Assembly: GCA_946623785.1 (NCBI GenBank)
Contig: CAMORM010000001.1
Span: 1,397-65,396 of the forward strand
Source of the DNA: an uncultured Verrucomicrobiota bacterium
GTDB lineage: Bacteria; Verrucomicrobiota; Kiritimatiellia; RFP12; UBA1067
Direction: 5' to 3'
Length of the DNA stretch: 64,000 nt
The translations under genes were made by a program, and so were the position numbers. Each line of letters opens with the position of its first letter. The stretch's first letter is position 1. This document shows, piece by piece, positions 45,459-53,327 of this stretch. The notes below the pieces were generated by a model that worked only from the letters and a program-made list of their open reading frames with translations, was not told the origin of the DNA and did not search any database.

Positions 45459-45663
45459 GGTCGCCTCCTTCCTTCTCCGCGTCCTGCTTCGCGTTGAACA
45501 TCATGTCGCGGGCCGCGTTTGCCATTTTCGCGGACTCGCGGAAATGGTTTCGGTAGCCCTCTGAAATCGACGTGTCCATCATTCGATCCTTGAACTCGGC
45601 TTTCGCCCTGCTCAGAATGCGACAGATGAAATCGAAGTCCACTTCGTCGAGTTTGAGTATCAT
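45451..45663 (-). CDS. small protein (70 aa)
   Basis: internal ATG MILKLDEVDFDF...; overlaps Lar and the HNH gene. Confidence 0.35.
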   Translation of the reverse strand: MILKLDEVDFDFICRILSRAKAEFKDRMMDTSISEGYRNHFRESAKMANAARDMMFNAKQDAEKEGGDHA

Positions 45664-46205
45664 TCCGCGCCTCCTTCCGCCGGGGCGAAGAGCCAGCGAT
45701 AACCCTTTGCTGTCTTGCATCCGTATTCACCTTTTGCAACTCTGCTAATGCTTCTTCTGTGACATCCAACGGCTCTTGCTGCCGCTTCGACAGATTCGTA
45801 TGAAGCAACAAGTTCAGATCCGCGATACGCAAGGACTTTGTGCGCTCTTGTTTTTCCAGATGCGATACCAGCCTTTCGCCATCGTGCAAGTTCTCTTTGC
45901 GGATGAAGTCGTCTGGAGTACTCGCTATTGTATTTCGATGTACACCATTCAAGATTGTTCGCTTGATTGTTTTGTTTGTTCTCGTCCTTGTGGTTGACCT
46001 GTGGAAGATTGTTTGGATTTGGAACAAACGCCTCCGCAATAAGTCGATGGGCAAAAACTTTTTTAGGCTTCTCATTGTACATAATGCAAAACACCAAGTA
46101 GCCGCATCGCTCTGTGCGTGGCTTTATCAATCCATTTCGGCTTTCCATAAGACACGTCCCATCTGCTTCGACCAAGAAACATCGTCCGAATTTGCTGATT
46201 TTCAT
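45660..46205 (-). CDS. HNH homing endonuclease (HNH_3-like plus C-terminal helix-turn-helix), in an AT-rich island
   Basis: AHRLIAEAFVPNPNNLPQVNHKDENKQNNQANNLEWCT motif; ARAVGCHRRSISRVAKGE helix-turn-helix tail; local GC drops to about 45-50%. Confidence 0.6.
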   Translation of the reverse strand: MKISKFGRCFLVEADGTCLMESRNGLIKPRTERCGYLVFCIMYNEKPKKVFAHRLIAEAFVPNPNNLPQVNHKDENKQNNQANNLEWCTSKYNSEYSRRLHPQRELARWRKAGIASGKTRAHKVLAYRGSELVASYESVEAAARAVGCHRRSISRVAKGEYGCKTAKGYRWLFAPAEGGAE

Positions 46206-46555
46206 TTCGTTTCCCCTTTGATTGCGGCGTCTGCGATCTTCGCCAATTCGCGCCACGGCTTGCAGCAATCGTCGTTGCAGGTCGGGTCGATACTCGACCA
46301 TATCGAATGGCTGATTTTCTGGAGCGCCTCGCGCATGGCGGCGGCGTTGCCGGGGGCGCGCTCCAGTTCCGCGATTCGGCGCTCGGCCTTTTCCAGCGCT
46401 TCCTGCAACCGCTCCGCGAGGTCGCCTTCCGGGTGCATCCCGAGGGTCGGAGCATTGCATCCGTTCGGATCGCCGTAGTAGGCGCACCGCGCAGGCGGCG
46501 TTCCTTCAGCGCACGCCGCGCAGACCTTCTTCCATTCGTTGTTGCTCATCTTCAT
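46202..46555 (-). CDS. Cys-rich protein (117 aa)
   Basis: MKMSNNEWKKVCAACAEG...; ATGA overlap. Confidence 0.35.
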   Translation of the reverse strand: MKMSNNEWKKVCAACAEGTPPARCAYYGDPNGCNAPTLGMHPEGDLAERLQEALEKAERRIAELERAPGNAAAMREALQKISHSIWSSIDPTCNDDCCKPWRELAKIADAAIKGETK

Positions 46556-47064
46556 TCTCCTTTGGTTTCGTTGATTGCCGTGTTTGCGATGTCGTGGATT
46601 TCGAGGATGCCGCAATTGAGGGCCGCGTCGTAGTTGCGCGCCTTCTCGCGATTCGTCCGGTCGAGGATTTCGACGAGCGCGGACTTCAACTCGGATACGA
46701 TATTGCCGGCGAGCCGTTCGATCTTTCGATTTGCCTTCAAGAGATCGTTTTTGCGCTTTTCATTCTCTGCACGAAGGAGCTTGTTTTCGCGAACCGACTC
46801 AGCCAGTTTATCCTCCAGCCGAGAGATGATTTTAGAGTAGAGTTTTCTTTTCTGTTCCCGTTCCCGCATCTCGGCGGCCTCGATCCGGTCGGCGAGATGC
46901 GCGAGATAGGCGTCGTCATCCTTGAGCGCCTGTGCGGCAGGCACTTCGTCGAGGCGTCCGGTCTCCTCGTATTCCGCGACTAGTTTTGACGCGAACGAAT
47001 CGTGTGCAGATGCGCGCATCTCCGCGAGGATCGCGGAGAGGGTTTCTGGCTGGTCGTTATGCAT
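46552..47064 (-). CDS. coiled-coil protein (170 aa)
   Basis: GGGAGGG ribosome-binding site; heptad-rich KLAESVRENKLLRAENEKRKND. Confidence 0.4.
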   Translation of the reverse strand: MHNDQPETLSAILAEMRASAHDSFASKLVAEYEETGRLDEVPAAQALKDDDAYLAHLADRIEAAEMREREQKRKLYSKIISRLEDKLAESVRENKLLRAENEKRKNDLLKANRKIERLAGNIVSELKSALVEILDRTNREKARNYDAALNCGILEIHDIANTAINETKGE

Positions 47065-47242
47065 GGCGTCTGCCCTCCCAATCATCCTGCAGGCGCTCAA
47101 GTCGGCGTGCCTCTAGCGCTTCCGCCCACACGCAGGACTTCCCGTCTCGCGCGCAGTCGCGGCACTCGCGATGCTCGTCGCAGGAGCCGTCCGGCGCGCC
47201 GTTCGACTCGGTGTAGGCGATTGTCTCCGGGGTGAGGTTCAT
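47057..47242 (-). CDS. small Cys-rich protein (61 aa)
   Basis: internal ATG of track ORF 47057-47467. Confidence 0.3.
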   Translation of the reverse strand: MNLTPETIAYTESNGAPDGSCDEHRECRDCARDGKSCVWAEALEARRLERLQDDWEGRRHA

Positions 47243-47250
47243 GAGTCTAT

Positions 47251-47712
47251 TCACTTGTTTGTCCCCCTGTTGATTTCGTCTTCGATGTATTCCATCGCCC
47301 GGATGCACACGGCGGCGCATTGGGCGAGTTCCTGCCGTGCGTGCGCGAGGTCGCATCGTTCGACGGCGGCGAACGCCTCCGCGAGTTCCTCCATGATGAT
47401 GTCGTCGGCGGCAGAGTAGACCCGCGTATTGTTGCGAATCTTGATCGCCTTCTCGGAATCGCTCCACTTGACGTTTCGCGTGTCGGTGAGCTTGTCGCAG
47501 AACTTCGGGTGCTTCTTCTTCGCCGCTTCCAGCTCCTCTATTACGAGGCTCCAGTTTTGGTCTGTCATTTCTTGTTCTCCATTGATCTCTTCCTCGTCAG
47601 GCGGCATAGGCTCCCAGCAGTCGCATTCCCACACGCCTTCGTGGCGCTTGGGCTTGCAGCCGCAGTCGCCGTAGCCGTCGGCGAGGGCGCAGTCTTCGCA
47701 GCAGCGGTTCAT
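47251..47712 (-). CDS. protein with N-terminal Cys-rich zinc-finger-like region (153 aa; alternative start at 47568)
   Basis: CCEDCALADGYGDCGCKPKRHEGVWECDCW; ATGA overlap with the SSB-like gene. Confidence 0.35.
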   Translation of the reverse strand: MNRCCEDCALADGYGDCGCKPKRHEGVWECDCWEPMPPDEEEINGEQEMTDQNWSLVIEELEAAKKKHPKFCDKLTDTRNVKWSDSEKAIKIRNNTRVYSAADDIIMEELAEAFAAVERCDLAHARQELAQCAAVCIRAMEYIEDEINRGTNK

Positions 47713-48119
47713 CAGAACGGGAGTTCGTCGTACTGCTGCGGCTGCTGCGGGGCGGGAGTCTGCGCGGGAGCGGTCGCGTGGTTCCATCTCGGCTGCACGA
47801 CAGGAGCGGGGGCGTGCTGGCCGACGTGCGACTCGCCGCCGATCTTCACCGCCTTCTCGATCCGCAGACCCTTGAGGTCCACGAAGTGACGGTCGTTCCA
47901 CTCTCGGCCATGGATGGCGAACGTGATTGTCACATGGTCGCCGGGCTGGTACTGCTCGAGCTTCTTCACGTTGTCACGGGTGAAGTCGATGGCAATCTCC
48001 TGCGGGAACTTCTCGTCCTTGTCGTTGATGACGAGCGTCTGCTTCTGGAAGCCGGAGTTGAAGGTCTGGATCGGCAGAATCTTGCTGATGCAGCCGGTGA
48101 GCTCGAATGTCTTGGACAT
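47712..48119 (-). CDS. SSB-like OB-fold protein (DUF3127-like) with acidic C-terminal DELPF tail
   Basis: C-terminal QQYDELPF resembles the SSB DDDIPF tail; Gln/Pro-rich linker; sits in the replication module. Confidence 0.45.
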   Translation of the reverse strand: MSKTFELTGCISKILPIQTFNSGFQKQTLVINDKDEKFPQEIAIDFTRDNVKKLEQYQPGDHVTITFAIHGREWNDRHFVDLKGLRIEKAVKIGGESHVGQHAPAPVVQPRWNHATAPAQTPAPQQPQQYDELPF

Positions 48120-48143
48120 TTGTGTTTTCCTTTGTTTGTGTGG

Positions 48144-48824
48144 TTAGAACGTGACGATGTTCTCGATGCGGCGGTCGACGCCGGTGAGCTGGAGCCAGCC
48201 AACGGAGTCGCACAGGCGGCTCACGGTGCGCTCGTCGTAGCGCTTGGCGAGTCCGGCCATGTCGAGGTTCGTGGTGACAATGAACTTGACGCTCGGCTTC
48301 TCCGCAATCGCGGCGATGCAGTTGCGGATCACGTCTGAGCGGGTGCCGTAGGAGTTGACCGTCGGCTCGACGCCGGCGTCCTCGATCCAGTAGTTGCCGC
48401 CACGGGCGTTGGAGATCTCCTCGATCCTGTCGGGCGACAGCGATGCGACGGCGTAGCAGTCAACGCGGACGGGAGGCACGAGCGTCGGAGGCGAGTACTC
48501 GGACAGTCCCTTGAACTCACGCGTAAGCAGGCCGTCCGCAATCGCCTTTGCCGCGCAGGTCTTTCCTCGCCCGGTCGGTCCCCAGATCACGAGGCCACGG
48601 ATGCGGCCTTCTACCATGGCGTGACAGGCATTGAGAACGCGAAGGAAGTCCGGACCCGCGACAGGACGCGTGTAGCCTCCTTGCTCTACGAAAAATCCGA
48701 TGTTGTCGTCTTTGCGCCACGGGATATGTTCCTCGATGTCGCGCGCTTCGTCCTTCGGCACGGCGTTTTCGGCAAGGCGCTTGCACATGCCGTCCGCGAT
48801 GTTCTGGATTGTGTCTTGGTTCAT
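48144..48824 (-). CDS. P-loop ATPase, DnaC/IstB-like helicase-loader candidate
   Basis: Walker A GPTGRGKTCAAKAIA; Walker B-like KFIVTTN; next to the putative initiator. Confidence 0.5.
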   Translation of the reverse strand: MNQDTIQNIADGMCKRLAENAVPKDEARDIEEHIPWRKDDNIGFFVEQGGYTRPVAGPDFLRVLNACHAMVEGRIRGLVIWGPTGRGKTCAAKAIADGLLTREFKGLSEYSPPTLVPPVRVDCYAVASLSPDRIEEISNARGGNYWIEDAGVEPTVNSYGTRSDVIRNCIAAIAEKPSVKFIVTTNLDMAGLAKRYDERTVSRLCDSVGWLQLTGVDRRIENIVTF

Positions 48825-49018
48825 TTGCGGTCAAACAAGTCGGTTGCAAGCATCAGCCAGCCGAGAACCGCCTCAGGCAACCAGAGCGGCCAGAGAACGA
48901 GAACCCAGTCCCACGAAATGATGCCTTCGCGTTTTGCCAACACATTGATTGCGGTTGTCCCGATGGTCAGTATGGTCACCACCATCGGGTTGTTTAGCTC
49001 TTTGATGATTTTGTTCAT
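48821..49018 (-). CDS. small two-helix membrane protein (65 aa)
   Basis: VVTILTIGTTAINVL and WVLVLWPLWLPEAVLGWLML. Confidence 0.35.
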   Translation of the reverse strand: MNKIIKELNNPMVVTILTIGTTAINVLAKREGIISWDWVLVLWPLWLPEAVLGWLMLATDLFDRK

Positions 49019-49019
49019 G

Positions 49020-49793
49020 TCAGAATGTTGGGGGTGTGGGTGTGGTGATGGGTGAACTTCCGTATGTCTGCCCGAGCTTGGACCAGTCGGTCGGCTCTGG
49101 GTTGTAGAACTTGGTCGGGTCGGCCGTTGACGGCGGAGTGTTGCGCTGCCGCTCCCACGTCCGTACCGCAGCCTTCCAGTCCTTCATCTGGTTCTTCCCG
49201 ATCATCCAGCCCTTCGACTCGTAGAAATCCACGAACGCCTGTGCGTCGACTCCGTTCTGCCGTTCGCGGCAGTAGGCGGCGACCTCGAACACGTCGGGCT
49301 TCTTGAACTTGGCCTTGGCGGCTGGCGGAGTCGGCTTGGCGACAGGCTCGGCGACGAGGGCGAAGTCGGTCGGCTCGGAGGGAGCCTCGACGGGTGGCTC
49401 GGGATGGGTCGAAGGGGGTTCTTCTTTCGAAAGAACTATGTTCTTTCTTTCTTCTACAGGTGTCAGTCTAAGGGTAACTTCTCCATCAGACGCGGGTGCG
49501 CGCGTTATGGCATTCTGGGTTTTGTCTGGGTTTTGTCTGGGTTTATTCTGGGTTTTATCTGGGTTATTCTGGGTTTTCGGTCTGCCGCCTTTTGCGCCGT
49601 TCCGACGGGAGATTTCCGCCAGCCGGATGATGTCGTCGCACTCGTCCTTGATGTGCGGCGGCAGCAGAGCCTCGACCCCATTCCCGGCGAGGTAGGCGAG
49701 GACGGTCTTGGCGATCCGTCCGGCCTCCTCGTTTGACGAGGCGAAGCCGATTGCCGAGGCGGCAAGTGGGCCGATTGTGACTTGACCTTTCAT
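49020..49793 (-). CDS. putative replication initiator/replisome organiser with internal iterons (257 aa)
   Basis: N-terminal helix-turn-helix-like region; repeated PDKTQN encoded by the 11-bp DNA repeats; C-terminal FVDFYESKGW...DWKAAVRTW DnaD-like motif; position beside loader and SSB. Confidence 0.35.
   Translation of the reverse strand: MKGQVTIGPLAASAIGFASSNEEAGRIAKTVLAYLAGNGVEALLPPHIKDECDDIIRLAEISRRNGAKGGRPKTQNNPDKTQNKPRQNPDKTQNAITRAPASDGEVTLRLTPVEERKNIVLSKEEPPSTHPEPPVEAPSEPTDFALVAEPVAKPTPPAAKAKFKKPDVFEVAAYCRERQNGVDAQAFVDFYESKGWMIGKNQMKDWKAAVRTWERQRNTPPSTADPTKFYNPEPTDWSKLGQTYGSSPITTPTPPTF
49512..49580. repeat. six tandem 11-bp repeats TCTGGGTTTTR (candidate origin iterons) inside the initiator gene
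   Basis: TCTGGG recurs at 49514, 49525, 49536, 49547, 49558 and 49569 with exact 11-bp spacing. Confidence 0.6.
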
Positions 49794-49890
49794 TGGCTTT
49801 GGAAAAGGGAATGGGGCTACCGCTCACTACCCCCATTCGACCGGGGCCAACACCTACGGAGACGAAGGCGAGCGGCCCGGGTTCCTTTCG

Positions 49891-50907
49891 CTAGAGGGTG
49901 TCGGGGATGTCCTCGATCTCGTCCTCTGGGGTATAGGGCAGGTCGGGCGGCGGCGTGCGCGTCTCGGGGGCGGGCGGCTCCGCTGGCGGCTCGGGCTCGT
50001 TCGCCTTGGCGGCGGCCGCGGCAGCAGCAGCCTTCTCCGCCAGAGTGGGCTTCTTGGCCTTCGGCGTCACGTTCACGGTCGCCTTCGCCTCCACGATGTT
50101 CTGGTCGAAGAAGTCCTCCGGCTTCGCCATGCCGTCCTTGAGCGAGACGAAGATCTTGCGGAGCGCGATGACCTGCGCCGGAGTGATGGCGTCGAGGTTG
50201 CGCTGGATCTTCGCCACGATCTGCGACTTCGTGACGCCGAGCTTGGCGAACGCGTCCACGAGCTTCTTGATCGTGGCCTCCGAGATGTCGGCGGTCGCGG
50301 TGAGCGTCTGCTCGCACTGGTTCACGGCGCTCTCGATCACGTCGCCGGGAATGCACTCGAGAATGCAGGCACGGACGCGGCGCATCGCCTCGTTCGCGAC
50401 CTTCTCGTAGATGTCGCGCGGGTCGGTGAGCAGCTTGTCCCCGTTCTTCGTGTGCCGGATGTGCGAGACGACGAACGCCCGCTCGACCGGGATGTTGGAC
50501 TCCATGTCGTAGGCGTAGCACAGCACCTCGGTGTTGAGCTTGTCGCTGCCCGTGACCTTGAACCCGTACTTGATGTTGCCCCATGCGCGGGCGGCCGCCT
50601 CGGCAAGCCGGATGGACGGGCCGGTGATGTCCGTCCCCATCCGTGCGTAGGTGTAGACCGCCTGCTCGGCCAGAGTGGGGCGCTGGCAGGCGACGAGGAG
50701 CTTCTCGACGGACTTCGCCTCGTCGCGCGGCCACTGCTTGGCGGCCATGACCATTGCGAAGGACTCGGCCTGTGCCTTGGCCTGCGCGATCTGGACCTCG
50801 GAGCTGCTGGCTCCGGCGGCGATGGTGGCGAGGGAGGACGCGGCGTCCGCCGGGGTGGCGGCGGCGACGGCTCCGTAGGGATTGTCAACCTTGACGATGT
50901 TAGCCAT
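49891..50907 (-). CDS. recT: RecT-family single-strand annealing protein
   Basis: QRPTLAEQAVYTYARMGTDITGPSIRLAEAAARAWGNIKYG core; acidic C-terminal tail; adjacent YqaJ exonuclease. Confidence 0.6.
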   Translation of the reverse strand: MANIVKVDNPYGAVAAATPADAASSLATIAAGASSSEVQIAQAKAQAESFAMVMAAKQWPRDEAKSVEKLLVACQRPTLAEQAVYTYARMGTDITGPSIRLAEAAARAWGNIKYGFKVTGSDKLNTEVLCYAYDMESNIPVERAFVVSHIRHTKNGDKLLTDPRDIYEKVANEAMRRVRACILECIPGDVIESAVNQCEQTLTATADISEATIKKLVDAFAKLGVTKSQIVAKIQRNLDAITPAQVIALRKIFVSLKDGMAKPEDFFDQNIVEAKATVNVTPKAKKPTLAEKAAAAAAAAKANEPEPPAEPPAPETRTPPPDLPYTPEDEIEDIPDTL

Positions 50908-50939
50908 TGTGTGTGGTGTGTTGGTTTTGTTGTTGTGGT

Positions 50940-51923
50940 TTACTTGCCGGCCGAGAGCCGGAAGATTCGGGATCCGGGGCGGGTGGTGGTGTGCGCCCCG
51001 ATGACTGCGCTTGCGGCGTCGTGATCGCCGTAGGCGTCGGCAAGCTCTTCGAAGGCGGCCTTCCAGTCCACCTTCTCCACGTCCTTGCCGGTCTTCCAGG
51101 TGACGAGCTTGCGGTGGTCCGGAGTCTCGAGAACCTCGGCAGCCTTCATCGCGGACTGGATGATGAACTTCTGCTGCTCGAGATCGTCCTCGGCCTGCTT
51201 CACGACTGCGGCGAGTCGCATGTACTCGTTGTAGGCGGCCATCACGTCATCGTCTGCGATGCACTTGAGCCCTTCCTCGTGGCGCGGGAACATGACCTTC
51301 AGGTCGTCCTCGTCCTGCGGAGGCGGCGGCGTTTTCGTGCGAACGTACTTCGTCCAGAACTCATCTGCCACCTTCGCCATATCGGCGATGAGCGAATCGT
51401 CCCTCTCGACATGATAGATGCGGAACGTGCCGAGCGACAGGAACAGGACCGGAACGTCAACGACCTTGACGGTCGGCATCAGTCCCATGTAGTGCTGGAT
51501 TTGCGTGATGTAGTGGTCCGGCACGCGGTCCCACTCGGCCATCTCGCTCGTTGTCTTGATCTCAAGGGCGCGCTCCGTCACAACGCCCATGTTCCTGCGC
51601 CAAGGGAGCTTGCCGTCCTCGCAGTAGACGAGCCGGTCCACGTTGCCGATCCGGTGCCCGCTCCCTTCCAGCTGGATGTTGCACTTGCGGACCTTTCGCC
51701 CGCTCTGCTCCGTGTACATCTCAGCAGCCAGCGGCTCGAGCGCCGTGCCGATCCGCTGCCGGACGGTTGGCATGTCGATGGCCGGACCGTCGTCCGTCTT
51801 GTCCATCCAGACATTGAGGCTTGTGCGCCATGGGCTCACACCAAGGAGGGCGGCCATGTCCGACCCGCCAACTCCTGTCTTGCGGCGTTCGAGCCATTGC
51901 TCTTTGTTGATGGTTTTAGCCAT
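50940..51923 (-). CDS. YqaJ-like viral recombinase exonuclease (PD-(D/E)xK, lambda Exo-like)
   Basis: GVGGSDMAALLGVSPWRTSLNVW N-terminal motif; internal ATG chosen over the long track ORF. Confidence 0.6.
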   Translation of the reverse strand: MAKTINKEQWLERRKTGVGGSDMAALLGVSPWRTSLNVWMDKTDDGPAIDMPTVRQRIGTALEPLAAEMYTEQSGRKVRKCNIQLEGSGHRIGNVDRLVYCEDGKLPWRRNMGVVTERALEIKTTSEMAEWDRVPDHYITQIQHYMGLMPTVKVVDVPVLFLSLGTFRIYHVERDDSLIADMAKVADEFWTKYVRTKTPPPPQDEDDLKVMFPRHEEGLKCIADDDVMAAYNEYMRLAAVVKQAEDDLEQQKFIIQSAMKAAEVLETPDHRKLVTWKTGKDVEKVDWKAAFEELADAYGDHDAASAVIGAHTTTRPGSRIFRLSAGK

Positions 51924-52374
51924 TGTTTCGTCGTGTCTTTGTTGTTGTTGGTTGCGGAATTGAGTAGTAGATGGAGCGGTGGTTCGATGCTCCACTTGTC
52001 CGTCGCTCAAGAACGAGCAATCCCTCGGCGCACATTGCCGACAGGAACCTCGCCTTGTGAGCCGAGCGGAGTCCAGGAACCTCGAGCTCGTCGCCACGGA
52101 TTGTGGTCTTGCCCGTGTCGCAGAACTGCGCTAGGACAGCCTTCTTCATGCGGTCCAGCTCGTCCTCGAAGGTGCCGCCACGGCAGATCGCATCGTGCCG
52201 CTCGGTTAGCAGTCGCGCCTGGAGCGAGAAGCAGTCCCTGCATCTGGATCGGTTGACGCAGACCTTGCACCGATTCGCGACGATGCCGATGTATCCTCTG
52301 GCGTCGCGCACCCATGCGTCAGCCGCGTCAATTCCAGTAGTGGGAAACTTTCCTCGTCCAAGCGCATCTGCCAT
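51916..52374 (-). CDS. Cys-rich hypothetical protein (152 aa)
   Basis: CKVCVNRSRCRDC; codon bias. Confidence 0.35.
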   Translation of the reverse strand: MADALGRGKFPTTGIDAADAWVRDARGYIGIVANRCKVCVNRSRCRDCFSLQARLLTERHDAICRGGTFEDELDRMKKAVLAQFCDTGKTTIRGDELEVPGLRSAHKARFLSAMCAEGLLVLERRTSGASNHRSIYYSIPQPTTTKTRRNNG

Positions 52375-52378
52375 ATCC

Positions 52379-52804
52379 TTACGCGTCCTTTCTTACGTAT
52401 GGTTGTGCCCCCGGAGAGTAGCGCCGGAAGTCTACGTAGACGCCGGAGCCGACGTAGGAGCGGTACCACTCCATCACGCCAGGCGTGAAGCGGCGAGTCG
52501 CCACGCCAAGCCGGTAGTGGGGTAGGGGGTTCCTCTTTCGGTTGCACATCCGATAGAGCTGCATCCTCGTGAGAGGCTTGCCATCCTCGCCGGGGATGGA
52601 CTCGGCGAACTCCTCCTCGGTCAGCAGGCCGGGGATGTAGTGGACGGGCTGGATCGCAACGGCCTTCTCGTTGAGGACGCGGCAGACCGCCTCCTCGCTG
52701 ATCCTCCCGCCGGGGCAAACGCTCTCGGGGAAGATCTGCGCCATTGCCCTGTTGGACAGCTTCAGCAGCTGCTGAACGCGCTTGCGCTGATAGGTCGCAG
52801 GCAT
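52379..52804 (-). CDS. hypothetical protein (141 aa) downstream of two operator copies
   Basis: ATG at 52804 preceded by an AAAAGAAAAAGG region; operators at 52828 and 52870 lie just upstream. Confidence 0.4.
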   Translation of the reverse strand: MPATYQRKRVQQLLKLSNRAMAQIFPESVCPGGRISEEAVCRVLNEKAVAIQPVHYIPGLLTEEEFAESIPGEDGKPLTRMQLYRMCNRKRNPLPHYRLGVATRRFTPGVMEWYRSYVGSGVYVDFRRYSPGAQPYVRKDA

Positions 52805-52806
52805 GG

Positions 52807-53028
52807 CTAGTTCGCCTTTTTCTTTTCGGTGTAGCCACACCCAATAGCAGAAGCACGGCGCTTCCCGCAGGTGTAGCCACACCCAATAGCGGAACGCACG
52901 AAGCGCGTGAACGCCTCGTTGCACGTGATGCCGAGGGCGTTCGCATAGCCCTTGATGAATGCCGCCTCCGTGTCTGTTGCGCGATAGGCGAGGGGAGTGT
53001 CTGTCTGGACGGATTGTGAGTTGGTCAT
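52807..53028 (-). CDS. putative ribbon-helix-helix protein (73 aa); its 3' end is encoded by operator repeats
   Basis: EAAFIKGYANALGITCNEAFTRFVRSA resembles an RHH fold; the tandem AIGCGYT segment derives from the repeated DNA, so the true C-terminus is uncertain. Confidence 0.3.
   Translation of the reverse strand: MTNSQSVQTDTPLAYRATDTEAAFIKGYANALGITCNEAFTRFVRSAIGCGYTCGKRRASAIGCGYTEKKKAN
52828..52883. promoter_or_regulatory. two copies of inverted-repeat operator GGTGTAGCCACACC (+CAATAGCRGAA), 42 bp apart
   Basis: GGTGT/ACACC arms with a 4-nt spacer at 52828-52841 and 52870-52883; third copy at 53297. Confidence 0.45.
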
Positions 53029-53030
53029 CT

Positions 53031-53243
53031 CTATTGCTTCTTTACGTTGTTTGTGTTGTTCTGTTTCGCTGCGCGCTCCTTGGCACGCGCATTCTCGTCA
53101 ATCGCAGCATGGAGCAGGTGCCGGATAAATGTTGTTGCATCCGGCTCGCCGCTCTCTTTGACGAGACGGTTCAGCTCCGCGCGCTCGTCCTTCGTGAGGA
53201 AGGCGCGGAACAGTACCTTGTCGTCCGATCTCTTGTTGGGCAT
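53031..53243 (-). CDS. ribbon-helix-helix (Arc/MetJ/CopG-like) DNA-binding protein (70 aa)
   Basis: KVLFRAFLTKDERAELNRLVKESGEPDATTFIRHLLHAAI has a beta-strand/helix/helix pattern; AGGAGA ribosome-binding site; sits right behind an operator-containing promoter. Confidence 0.45.
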   Translation of the reverse strand: MPNKRSDDKVLFRAFLTKDERAELNRLVKESGEPDATTFIRHLLHAAIDENARAKERAAKQNNTNNVKKQ

Positions 53244-53285
53244 GGCTGTTGTCTCCTGTCTGTTGTTGCGTTCGTTGTGCCCCTA

Positions 53286-53314
53286 ATTGTAGCACAGGTG
53301 TAGCCACACCGCAA
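53286..53314 (-). promoter_or_regulatory. sigma70-like promoter TTGCGG-17-TACAAT with operator GGTGTGGCTACACC in the spacer
   Basis: read on the - strand: TTGCGGtgtggctacacctgtgcTACAAT, then AGGAGA and ATG 53243. Confidence 0.45.
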
Positions 53315-53327
53315 GCGGAAAATGAGG

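Noticed and set aside
49512-49580. CRISPR array
   Set aside because: The repeats are 11 bp, contiguous, have no spacers and lie inside a coding frame. They are iteron-like, not a CRISPR array
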